Below, one piece after another: positions 30,034-37,850 of a stretch of 64,000 nt of DNA. This DNA comes from a virus. Every line of letters starts with the position of its first letter. Within the stretch, counting starts at the first letter, position 1. The stretch is taken from IMG/VR virus record IMGVR_UViG_3300037247_000655, positions 32,001-96,000 of that record. One strand, 5' to 3'. The position numbers and the translations under genes were made by a program. The notes under the pieces are model-generated. The model made no database searches. It had not been told where the DNA came from and was given only the letters and a program-made list of their open reading frames with translations.

Positions 30034-30066
30034 GGTGTCGTCATTATTGGCGACACTAGATTTTTT
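30034..30066 (+). terminator. intrinsic terminator
   Basis: GGTGTCGTCA-TTAT-TGGCGACACT + T run. Confidence 0.7.
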
Positions 30067-30075
30067 ATTTTTTGT

Positions 30076-30104
30076 GCAACAAATACTGTTGTTCGGGGTA
30101 TAAT
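30076..30104 (+). promoter_or_regulatory. putative early/middle promoter
   Basis: GCAAC-N16-GGTATAAT. Confidence 0.6.
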
Positions 30105-30113
30105 GATATTGTG

Positions 30114-30194
30114 ATGAACATACATAGACAATATTTGGCCACCGGAGTATTCCACCATCTTAATCCATGCGCATTTGGTAGTGGTGCGGGCTAA
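30114..30194 (+). CDS. putative leaderless leader peptide MNIHRQYLATGVFHHLNPCAFGSGAG
   Basis: GTG-ATG at predicted TSS; stop codon lies in the 5' arm of an antiterminator. Confidence 0.55.
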   Translation: MNIHRQYLATGVFHHLNPCAFGSGAG

Positions 30195-30252
30195 GGTCTG
30201 TTTGTTATTTGATAGATCTTTTGGCCCGTGAGAAATACTCACGGGGTTTTTT
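30186..30252 (+). promoter_or_regulatory. putative attenuator (antiterminator 30186-30229 / terminator 30225-30252)
   Basis: Two mutually exclusive hairpins sharing CCCGT; terminator CCCGTGAG-AAATA-CTCACGGG + T6. Confidence 0.6.
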
Positions 30253-30267
30253 ATTGGATATAGGACT

Positions 30268-30555
30268 ATGGCAAAAACTACTGTTGTTAATATTCGTACA
30301 AATAAATATGATGTGTATATCGGCAGGGCGGGATATGGTCATGATGGTTATTTTGGTAATCCTTTCTCGGTAATAAGAGATGGTGGTCGAGAAAACGCTG
30401 TTCGCTTGTATAAGGAATATTTTCTCAATCGTATAAAAATCGATCCAGAATTTGCTCTTAAGGTTCAAGAGTTGAAAGGAAAGAAGCTTGGGTGTTTTTG
30501 TGCTCCTGAGCGATGTCATGGTAATGTGATTATTGAATATTTGGAGAAATTATGA
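30268..30555 (+). CDS. DUF4326 family protein
   Basis: DVYIGR, FGNPF, L.GK.LGCFCAP..CHG. Confidence 0.85.
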   Translation: MAKTTVVNIRTNKYDVYIGRAGYGHDGYFGNPFSVIRDGGRENAVRLYKEYFLNRIKIDPEFALKVQELKGKKLGCFCAPERCHGNVIIEYLEKL

Positions 30556-30899
30556 AAGTGTTAGTGTGTGGTAGTCGTTATTGGATCGATATAGAAATTA
30601 TACTAAAACGACTAGATAAGCTTCCTTGTGATACAATAATAGTAGAAGGAGGATGCTGTGGAGCTGACCTTCTGGCACGTAACGTAGCATTGGAGATCGG
30701 CTTAGAAGTGATTGAGTTTCCAGCATCTTGGAAAAAACATGGTAAAGCTGCCGGTATAATACGAAATTTTAGAATGCTAGAGACAAAACCGGAATTAATT
30801 ATTGCTTTCCATGATAATATGGCTAAGTCAAAAGGGACAAAACATACAGTATCAGAAGCTCGTAAAGCTGGAATTGAAGTTGAGATAATTAGTCATTGA
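30552..30899 (+). CDS. SLOG family protein (DUF2493/YspA-like)
   Basis: MKVLVCGSR, GG..GAD, W..HGKAAG.IRN..M, SKGT. Confidence 0.85.
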   Translation: MKVLVCGSRYWIDIEIILKRLDKLPCDTIIVEGGCCGADLLARNVALEIGLEVIEFPASWKKHGKAAGIIRNFRMLETKPELIIAFHDNMAKSKGTKHTVSEARKAGIEVEIISH

Positions 30900-30900
30900 A

Positions 30901-30976
30901 CGGAATGTAGCTCAGTCTGGTCCAGAGCACTGCGTTTGGGGCGCAGAAGTCGAGAGTTCGAATCTCTCCATTCCGA
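30901..30976 (+). tRNA. tRNA-Pro(TGG)
   Basis: Canonical cloverleaf. Confidence 0.92.
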
Positions 30977-30980
30977 ATCT

Positions 30981-31053
30981 TGCGGGATAGCTCAATTGGT
31001 AGAGCTGGCGGCTGTTAACCGCTGTGTTGCAGGTTCAAGTCCTGCTCCCGCAG
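30981..31053 (+). tRNA. tRNA-Asn(GTT)
   Basis: Canonical cloverleaf. Confidence 0.92.
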
Positions 31054-31066
31054 TTGGGGGTGCTGA

Positions 31067-31258
31067 ATGGAAATTATAGTTGTAGTTGGAATGATGCTTT
31101 GTTTTACATTTTTCGGAATGTGTGTAATACTGAAAGTCATTCATCAGCAATATTTGGATAGAAAACCAAGGCATGTGGATGCTGATATTACCATGGGCGA
31201 CAAGGTTGCCAGAATGAGAAAGACGTATGGAGATATGCTAAAAAGGTTGTCTAAGTAG
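31067..31258 (+). CDS. small membrane protein
   Basis: N-terminal TM helix; GGGGGTG RBS. Confidence 0.55.
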   Translation: MEIIVVVGMMLCFTFFGMCVILKVIHQQYLDRKPRHVDADITMGDKVARMRKTYGDMLKRLSK

Positions 31259-31279
31259 AAACAACCATAAGTAGTTGTC

Positions 31280-31834
31280 TTGGAGATTGGTATGTCATTT
31301 GGTCCATTCAGTATTCATCAAGCCACTGAGGAAGTCGTAGCAACAGGTTGTGATGTGTCTGAACTAGACGTGTTGGTTGTCAATGAAGATGATTGGCTTG
31401 AACTGATTAATGCAAGTCCCATGTTTCAAAATGGAAATTCTGGTGATGGTGATATCAGGGTGTATGGTGTTAAAATTGTAACTAGTCGCCATACAGAACG
31501 AGGAACTATTCTAAAGGTATTTCATAACGATAATCAAATGCTATCTAAAGAGTGGACTTACAAGCGCAGCCATATACCATATGTTCCTACAATGCCTGAA
31601 AATGATTATCTACTTGCAGACAAGGTCGTATCAAGTATTGCTGATGCAGCTAATGGTATGAACAAGTTCAGTACTTCAACCAAACAAGCCGCCGATGCGA
31701 TAAAAAAGTTCGAGTCTGCTACAGCTAATGCATTTGGCATAAATAACAATAATGAAACGACAGAACATACTCCTGATATAAAAAAAGAACAGGAACCAAG
31801 ACATAGTGAGATACGAAAAGTGGAGCTAGGCTAA
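31280..31834 (+). CDS. hypothetical protein resembling an isolated HK97 capsid A-domain
   Basis: DVLVVNEDDWLEL...VYGVKIVTS....GT pattern. Confidence 0.5.
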   Translation: MEIGMSFGPFSIHQATEEVVATGCDVSELDVLVVNEDDWLELINASPMFQNGNSGDGDIRVYGVKIVTSRHTERGTILKVFHNDNQMLSKEWTYKRSHIPYVPTMPENDYLLADKVVSSIADAANGMNKFSTSTKQAADAIKKFESATANAFGINNNNETTEHTPDIKKEQEPRHSEIRKVELG

Positions 31835-31848
31835 AAGGGAGATACAAT

Positions 31849-32043
31849 ATGTTAGAACGTAGAAATCTTACACAAGAAGTTAATGGTAATCAGGCTAAGC
31901 TTGATGACTGCGATCATCCACACAACTTCGAACCGGTTAGACTTGAGGATGGATCTGCCAGCTTCTATCGGTGTTCAAGGTGCGGTGGTTTAGTTGACGC
32001 TTTTAGTGGATTAAGGTATACGCTCAGTGGTAGTTTTGAATAA
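31849..32043 (+). CDS. small zinc-ribbon protein
   Basis: C..PH.F....Y.C..CGG; GGGAG RBS. Confidence 0.6.
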   Translation: MLERRNLTQEVNGNQAKLDDCDHPHNFEPVRLEDGSASFYRCSRCGGLVDAFSGLRYTLSGSFE

Positions 32044-32058
32044 GGATATAACAGTAAA

Positions 32059-32131
32059 GCCCCGGTATCCCAACGGCAGAGGAACGCGGTTTAGAACCGT
32101 GTTAGTGTAGGTTCAAATCCTACTCGGGGCA
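32059..32131 (+). tRNA. tRNA-Leu(TAG), short variable loop
   Basis: Cloverleaf, 73 nt. Confidence 0.85.
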
Positions 32132-32135
32132 TTGT

Positions 32136-32208
32136 GGGCCGGTAACTCAGTGGACAGAGTGGGGATCTTCTACATCCTTAGTCGTAGGTTCGAATCCTAC
32201 TCGGCCTA
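32136..32208 (+). tRNA. tRNA-Arg(TCT)
   Basis: Canonical cloverleaf. Confidence 0.9.
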
Positions 32209-32212
32209 GTCG

Positions 32213-32285
32213 GGGAATGTAGCTCAGTCGGTAGAGCAACGGCCTTTTAAGCCGTGGGTCCTGGGTTCGAGTCCCAGCGTTCCCA
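32213..32285 (+). tRNA. tRNA-Lys(TTT)
   Basis: Canonical cloverleaf. Confidence 0.92.
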
Positions 32286-32293
32286 ATAGGAGT

Positions 32294-32935
32294 ATGGATA
32301 TGAAATTGATCGATTTGGTAGGGAAAAGATTCGGAAGATTGGTTGTCCTGAAAAGAGTCGATGATGATAAAAATAAAAACAGGAGATGGTTATGTCTGTG
32401 TTACTGTGGTAAAAAGAAAATTGTTCATGGCAGCAGCCTTTATGCTGGCAGAACAAAAAGTTGTGGATGTTTACAGAAGGAAATAGTGAGAAAACTGTTC
32501 ACTAAACATGGGCACAGTAAATGTGCAATCTACAACATATGGGCAAGCATGAATCAGAGATGTATCAATCCAAACAACAAAGAATACCACAATTATGGTG
32601 GAAGAGGAATTAATGTCTGTAAACGATGGAGAAATTCGTTTCCTAATTTTTTAAAGGATATGGGAGAACGATCAAATAAAAAATACACACTTGAAAGAAC
32701 TAATAACAATCGGGGATATTGTAAATCTAATTGTGAATGGGCGACATCGAAACAGAATAGCAGGAATAGGCGAAACAACAGGCCATTAACCCATAACGGT
32801 AAGACACAACTTCTAATAGAATGGGCTGAAGAAACCGGGATCGATAGACAAACTATTGCTACAAGAATAGATAGATACGGGTGGTCTATAACAAAGGCTT
32901 TGACGACTCCTATCAGAAAGAAGAAAAATTTATGA
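32294..32935 (+). CDS. HNH-type homing endonuclease (paralog of 22722-23363)
   Basis: Same DL.G.RFGRL..YGGRGI.VC..LER.NN..GY...NC.WAT motifs; both 213 aa. Confidence 0.8.
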   Translation: MDMKLIDLVGKRFGRLVVLKRVDDDKNKNRRWLCLCYCGKKKIVHGSSLYAGRTKSCGCLQKEIVRKLFTKHGHSKCAIYNIWASMNQRCINPNNKEYHNYGGRGINVCKRWRNSFPNFLKDMGERSNKKYTLERTNNNRGYCKSNCEWATSKQNSRNRRNNRPLTHNGKTQLLIEWAEETGIDRQTIATRIDRYGWSITKALTTPIRKKKNL

Positions 32936-33978
32936 TATTCTCCGAAATAGAAAAACGAGATAAGCTAGTTGAAGAAAAATTACTTAGGTGTGATGACCAA
33001 GGTGACTTGCGAGTATATTCCTACACTAATTGGTGCAAAATATGGAATGATATTACCATGAATAGCAGAGGTATTATTTTTAATCGCAAAACCGGTGAAA
33101 TAATTAGTAGGCCATTTCCTAAATTTTTCAATATGGATCAGACAGCCGAGACTCAGGAGAGAAACCTTCCGTGGCAAGACGGATTTAGGATTTTCCAAAA
33201 ATACGATGGATGGCTAGGAATATTATACAGGGATGGAGGACAATACAGAATAGCTACTAGGGGGTCGTTCCAAAGCACAGGGGCATTGTGGGCTACTGAA
33301 TTCCTGAAAGAATATGACCTTACTGGATTGCCAGACGAGGTAACGTTGCTGTTCGAACTTATCTGTCCTGCGACCAAGATCGTCGTCGACTACCATAATA
33401 GGGAAGAATTAGTATTGTTGGCTGCTTACAATAGACATACCGGTGAAGAGTATGGGTGGGAGCAAGTTGAAGCGTGGGGTGACAAGTTCGGATTTGGTGT
33501 AGCTGATTCTTATGATAGTAATCACCTTAAATATTGTCGTTTGCAAATCGAATCTACATCTGGTCTGGAACTTGAGGGTTTTGTCATTAGGTTTAATAAT
33601 GGCTTGCGAGTAAAGATCAAGTCGGACGACTACTTCCGTAGAAGTAAAATGCGGAGCCATTTGACTTTGTTGACAATTTGGGAAAATATGGTGTGCGGAG
33701 AAGTTCCTCAAGAATTCTGGGACGCAATAGATGACGATTATCATGATGCTTTGAGTAAGATAACAGTAGCGATGGAGTCTCGCTATTTCGAGATTCGACA
33801 AGAAATCAATCATCAGTTTGTAAGTATAGTTGACATTCAAGATCGTAAGGAATTTGCTATCGCAGCTCAAAAGTTGAGCCATACACCTGCGATGTTCGCT
33901 CGCCGAGACAAGCAAGAGAAGCGTGTTGACGATTACGTTATGAAATTTATTCGTCCACATAACAATATAATAGGGTAG
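32932..33978 (+). CDS. RNA ligase 1 (T4 Rnl1-like)
   Basis: RGIIF, PFPKFFN, KYDG, ATRGSF, FE, EGFV, KIK motifs; ATGA overlap start. Confidence 0.88.
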   Translation: MIFSEIEKRDKLVEEKLLRCDDQGDLRVYSYTNWCKIWNDITMNSRGIIFNRKTGEIISRPFPKFFNMDQTAETQERNLPWQDGFRIFQKYDGWLGILYRDGGQYRIATRGSFQSTGALWATEFLKEYDLTGLPDEVTLLFELICPATKIVVDYHNREELVLLAAYNRHTGEEYGWEQVEAWGDKFGFGVADSYDSNHLKYCRLQIESTSGLELEGFVIRFNNGLRVKIKSDDYFRRSKMRSHLTLLTIWENMVCGEVPQEFWDAIDDDYHDALSKITVAMESRYFEIRQEINHQFVSIVDIQDRKEFAIAAQKLSHTPAMFARRDKQEKRVDDYVMKFIRPHNNIIG

Positions 33979-33987
33979 TTTGATTTT

Positions 33988-34059
33988 GTCTCTGTAGTGT
34001 TAACGGCAGCACATTAGCCTTCCAAGCTAAAAGTCTCGGTCCGAATCCGAGTAGAGATA
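33988..34059 (+). tRNA. tRNA-Gly(TCC)
   Basis: Cloverleaf; T loop TCCGAAT. Confidence 0.82.
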
Positions 34060-34061
34060 TT

Positions 34062-34159
34062 TGATAGTGCATGGCGATGAGTAGCTCTCGGGGTGTATGG
34101 TTCGAATCCATACGTATAAATTGGCACCTGAATCCGGTTCAAGTCCGGGTCGCTATCAT
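34062..34159 (+). ncRNA. tRNA-like RNA with two T-loop hairpins (or highly atypical tRNA-Ser(CGA))
   Basis: TGATAGTG/CGCTATCA stem; GTATGG-TTCGAAT-CCATAC and TCCGG-TTCAAGT-CCGGG hairpins; no normal D arm. Confidence 0.6.
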
Positions 34160-34162
34160 TAA

Positions 34163-34234
34163 GGGTCTGTAGCTCAGTGGTAGAGCGCTGCCTTGAAGCG
34201 GCAGGCGTCGTTGGTTCGAATCCAACTGGACCCA
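34163..34234 (+). tRNA. tRNA-Phe(GAA)
   Basis: Canonical cloverleaf; G37. Confidence 0.9.
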
Positions 34235-34360
34235 TTGAACAGAAATACCGTCACAACTGAATAAGTGACGGTAAAAGTTCCAGTACACTTCGTAATAAGT
34301 GACTGTGTACAAACATCGGTACTTTGTGATATATGTCGACATTATTGTGTATAATGTATT

Positions 34361-34558
34361 GTGATGTCAGAATTTATTGAAATACATCGTGAAACAGGAA
34401 TTCCATGTTTTGAGTGTGGTGAACGATCTGGTATGGATTGTCCAGGTCGGAGACCAGATGAGGCCACACGTTGTACAGTCTGTCTGGAAAAATTCATGAA
34501 AATCGAGCAGCAACTACAATCATCCCATGATCAACGGTCTAAGGATCGTCTGGGGTAG
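34361..34558 (+). CDS. small CxxC protein
   Basis: Two CxxC motifs; apparently leaderless after GTGTATAA (34347-34354). Confidence 0.5.
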   Translation: MMSEFIEIHRETGIPCFECGERSGMDCPGRRPDEATRCTVCLEKFMKIEQQLQSSHDQRSKDRLG

Positions 34559-34580
34559 ACTGTGTAGACTGAGATACGCA

Positions 34581-34615
34581 GAACCGGATGGTCCAATGGA
34601 CTGTCCGGTTTTTTT
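34581..34615 (+). terminator. intrinsic terminator
   Basis: ACCGGATGGTCC-AAT-GGACTGTCCGGT + T run. Confidence 0.8.
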
Positions 34616-34656
34616 GTGCGCATTGGAAGGTACTGATCCTCTTCCTTCCGTTATTC

Positions 34657-34727
34657 GGCCCTGTGGTGTAATGGTACCCCGCCTGCCTTTGGAGCAGGAG
34701 AACTAAGTTCGATTCTTAGCCGGGCCG
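34657..34727 (+). tRNA. tRNA-Gln(TTG), possibly degenerate
   Basis: Good anticodon and T arms; acceptor mismatch and weak D stem. Confidence 0.7.
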
Positions 34728-34834
34728 TTTTCCTTGCCTTTTGGTGTATAAAAATAAGGTAGATGAATCTGTATCGCCTTCAGTTTTTGTGAACTGGAAT
34801 CTTTACAGCCTTATTTTAAGAAAGAGGTAAAGTT

Positions 34835-35386
34835 ATGAGTTTAGTAACAGACAATTGGGCGGCGAATCTTAATCCAGTACCGAAACCAGGTCAGATGTAC
34901 AGGACACTCAGTGCTACAGCCGTATCAGGTTCAGCCGTAACAGATACAGAAGCGTTCTTCACTAAAAGTTGCCCTTTTCCAATCAAGATTGTTGGATTTG
35001 AAGTACAAGCTGTTTCGATGTCCGGTGGAGGATTCAGCGGTAGCGGTTCTGCTCTGACTGTCGCCCTACAGAGTTCCAATGAAGTTGATGTCTCTCCAGC
35101 AGCTCCCACTGCTGTTGTATGGGATACTGTGGTATCTGTTGACGCATCTGGTTCCGCGCAAAGTACTGATAAGCTAATGTTCTCTGCTCCTGGCAACGTC
35201 AGTGGCTTGTTAAATCCTGATATGGACCAGTCGTTTGTTGCTGTACCCAAGGGTGGTTCTTTGAGGGCAACTCTTTCCGCCCAAGCTGCCGATGCTCTAG
35301 GTGTCGCAGGTTCTACTCCAGTTGAACTTCTTGCTGTTGTAGATTTTGTACCAACAGATTTAAAAACACAACGATATAGTTGGTAG
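34835..35386 (+). CDS. putative virion protein, Ser/Gly-rich
   Basis: Own GTGTATAA promoter (34744-34751), GAGGT RBS and terminator. Confidence 0.6.
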   Translation: MSLVTDNWAANLNPVPKPGQMYRTLSATAVSGSAVTDTEAFFTKSCPFPIKIVGFEVQAVSMSGGGFSGSGSALTVALQSSNEVDVSPAAPTAVVWDTVVSVDASGSAQSTDKLMFSAPGNVSGLLNPDMDQSFVAVPKGGSLRATLSAQAADALGVAGSTPVELLAVVDFVPTDLKTQRYSW

Positions 35387-35407
35387 TCATTCATCACATA
35401 AATATTC

Positions 35408-35444
35408 AAAGGGCCTGGAGTGAAAAACTCTGGGCCTTTTTTTT
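35408..35444 (+). terminator. intrinsic terminator
   Basis: GGGCCTGGAGT-GAAAA-ACTCTGGGCCT + T run. Confidence 0.85.
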
Positions 35445-35531
35445 AATTGCACGTGGTGTATAACCTAGTAGGACAGGGCTCAGGCCTGGATAGACAGTAC
35501 CATTGCAAAATTTGGGACTGGGAGAAATAAG

Positions 35532-36608
35532 ATGAATATGGCCGAAACAGAACGGTTAATAGATAAAATTAATTGGGGATATATCTCTGCGACCGTGAGA
35601 ACCCAAGATAATTCAATTCTAATATTCACTCTACGTCCTCCCACACCAGAAGAACGAGGCAAATCAGCAATAACTTATGATAGAGAATACAAAAGATGTA
35701 TTCACATGGGCTTATCTAATGAAGTGGATGCGATAACAGATTTTATAATAACTGATCAATGGGATCCAGAGATAGACATCCAAATAGAAGGATTGCAAAA
35801 AGATATTCATAACATTCGCAAGGGTTTAATAGATTTTGTGTTTAATAGAACTAAACTAGAACAATCTCGCTCCCTTTTGCGTCGTGCAGAAAAAGCTCTC
35901 ATGGATCGTCTAAGTAAAAGACATGTTTTATTGCAGAACACAGCAGAAGCTAGTGCTACAATTACACAACAAAGATACTTAATAAGCGTAGTGACACAGA
36001 CTAAAACTGGTGAACCTTTTTGGGCAACTGAAAAAGATTTCGAAAAATTTGACGACATAGGAATTGTTGTGCAATTGTGTGAATTATTTTTTACACAATC
36101 TAAATTACCTACAGCATTAATACGTGAATTAGCAAGATCGCAACAATGGAGAGTATACTGGGAAGTGGCGAAACATACAAGTGATTTATTTGAGAGTAGT
36201 ATTACTTCGTGGTCTAATAATCAGAGAGAATTAGCTTATTGGTCTTCTATATACGACTCAGTTTATGAAGCATATGAGAGACCAGCTAAAGATATTATTA
36301 TAGATGATGATTTACTCGATTCTTGGTTCATAAAACAAGGTGAGAAAGTAGCGAACAACAAGAATAATGAGACAGTACCTATCAAACCTGGAAGTAATGA
36401 AGTTTTTGTGATGGCTGATGCGGAAGGGGCTAAACGTGTTTATGATATGAATGATCCTACATCTAGAACTAAACTAAGGGCTCGTCAAAGATTTTTACAG
36501 AAACACGGTGATACAAAAGAACAAAATTTGCCAGACAGTAAAAGGGAGATTAAACAACAAATTATGAAAGCTAGATCCCAAAAGGCAAAAGATATTAGTA
36601 GAAGATAG
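35532..36608 (+). CDS. putative tail assembly chaperone-region protein
   Basis: Helical; YD.VYE..E.P....I.DDD.LD.W motif; upstream of tape measure. Confidence 0.5.
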   Translation: MNMAETERLIDKINWGYISATVRTQDNSILIFTLRPPTPEERGKSAITYDREYKRCIHMGLSNEVDAITDFIITDQWDPEIDIQIEGLQKDIHNIRKGLIDFVFNRTKLEQSRSLLRRAEKALMDRLSKRHVLLQNTAEASATITQQRYLISVVTQTKTGEPFWATEKDFEKFDDIGIVVQLCELFFTQSKLPTALIRELARSQQWRVYWEVAKHTSDLFESSITSWSNNQRELAYWSSIYDSVYEAYERPAKDIIIDDDLLDSWFIKQGEKVANNKNNETVPIKPGSNEVFVMADAEGAKRVYDMNDPTSRTKLRARQRFLQKHGDTKEQNLPDSKREIKQQIMKARSQKAKDISRR

Positions 36609-36616
36609 GGGGTAAA

Positions 36617-36982
36617 ATGTTTGAGAAGGAACAAGAGTTGGCTAGTCTACAAAAAGAACTGCGTAAATCACACGAATCTCGTATAGATGATAAATCAAGG
36701 GGGAGATTGAAGAAGATAGCCAGTAAAAAGTTCAGGACTTGCTTTATTTCAGCGTTATCTGAGTTTGAAAATGAATTTGGTCCTGAAATCTGGGGTCATA
36801 ATATGGATAATGAGACATTGACGGAAAAACAAAGAGATAACCGCATTAGATGGAATGGTGTTAGGAAAAAAATTCTTGATAAGGGCAATGTTCAGCTGCG
36901 TGCGCTGAATATGGAAATGGATCTACACGACATACGATTCAGGGGTTATGTTGTTAATTTCAGGAGAATAGATGATGGATAA
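36617..36982 (+). CDS. hypothetical tail-module protein
   Basis: GGGGG RBS; operon position. Confidence 0.6.
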   Translation: MFEKEQELASLQKELRKSHESRIDDKSRGRLKKIASKKFRTCFISALSEFENEFGPEIWGHNMDNETLTEKQRDNRIRWNGVRKKILDKGNVQLRALNMEMDLHDIRFRGYVVNFRRIDDG

Positions 36983-37835
36983 TACGTCAAAAGAGATAGT
37001 TGTTGAAACAATTGATAAGGAAGGTAATAAACTCAAGTTACAAATCAACTCGATAGGACATAATATTCTACAAGATGCGCAAATGGTCTATAGCATAAAG
37101 CTTACATCATTGATCAAACAAAGTACAGTAGCTGGTAACGAATTATTATCACGACAACAACTGGAACAGCATCTTGACACTATGGGGATATGGACAGAGG
37201 AGGACAGCAAAAAGTTTCTTGAGATTCAAATAGAACTAAGGGAGATGGAGTTACAGCTCAAGAGTGGCGGGATACGGGTTGCCGAAGCTAAGCAAATAGC
37301 TATATCCATGAAGACAAGAAGAGCTATTTTGTTAGCTCTTTATAATAGGCGTTCACAATTTGATGGTATAACGATGGAATCAATAGCAGAAAATCAGAAG
37401 TTTAAGTTCTTGCTGGTTAGATGTGTAATGAAGGATAATCAGCCATTTTTCAAGAATATGAGTGATTATGATAGTAGACAAAATGAAAAGTCTTCGGTTG
37501 ATGTGGCTGATGCCCTGGCAACTAAGTTATATGGATATGACAGTAAAACTGAATCCAATTTGACAGAAAATCAGTGGTTAAAACAATTTGAGTTTGCTGA
37601 TGATAGTGGTCGGTTGATCGACCTGGAAAAACGTTTGATAGACGTGGATGGTAATCTGATAAATGATGAGGGACGATTGGTAGATGCAGCTGGTAGTCTA
37701 GTTGATAACAAGGGACGACCAGTAGATGAAAATGGTGAGTTTATAGTCGAGGCAAAGCCTTTTTTGGACGATAAAACAGGCAAGCCAATAGAGTCGGATT
37801 GTAAGAAATCTGCTAAGAAGAAGAAAAAAAGATAA
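36972..37835 (+). CDS. putative tail assembly chaperone
   Basis: Immediately upstream of tape measure; C-terminal G.L[IV]D repeats. Confidence 0.55.
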   Translation: MMDNTSKEIVVETIDKEGNKLKLQINSIGHNILQDAQMVYSIKLTSLIKQSTVAGNELLSRQQLEQHLDTMGIWTEEDSKKFLEIQIELREMELQLKSGGIRVAEAKQIAISMKTRRAILLALYNRRSQFDGITMESIAENQKFKFLLVRCVMKDNQPFFKNMSDYDSRQNEKSSVDVADALATKLYGYDSKTESNLTENQWLKQFEFADDSGRLIDLEKRLIDVDGNLINDEGRLVDAAGSLVDNKGRPVDENGEFIVEAKPFLDDKTGKPIESDCKKSAKKKKKR

Positions 37836-37850
37836 TTGAAGGTGAGTTGA

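Noticed and set aside
34520-34556. tRNA 5'-half-like GATC-AACGGTCTAAG-GATC
   Set aside because: No matching T arm or acceptor; lies within an ORF
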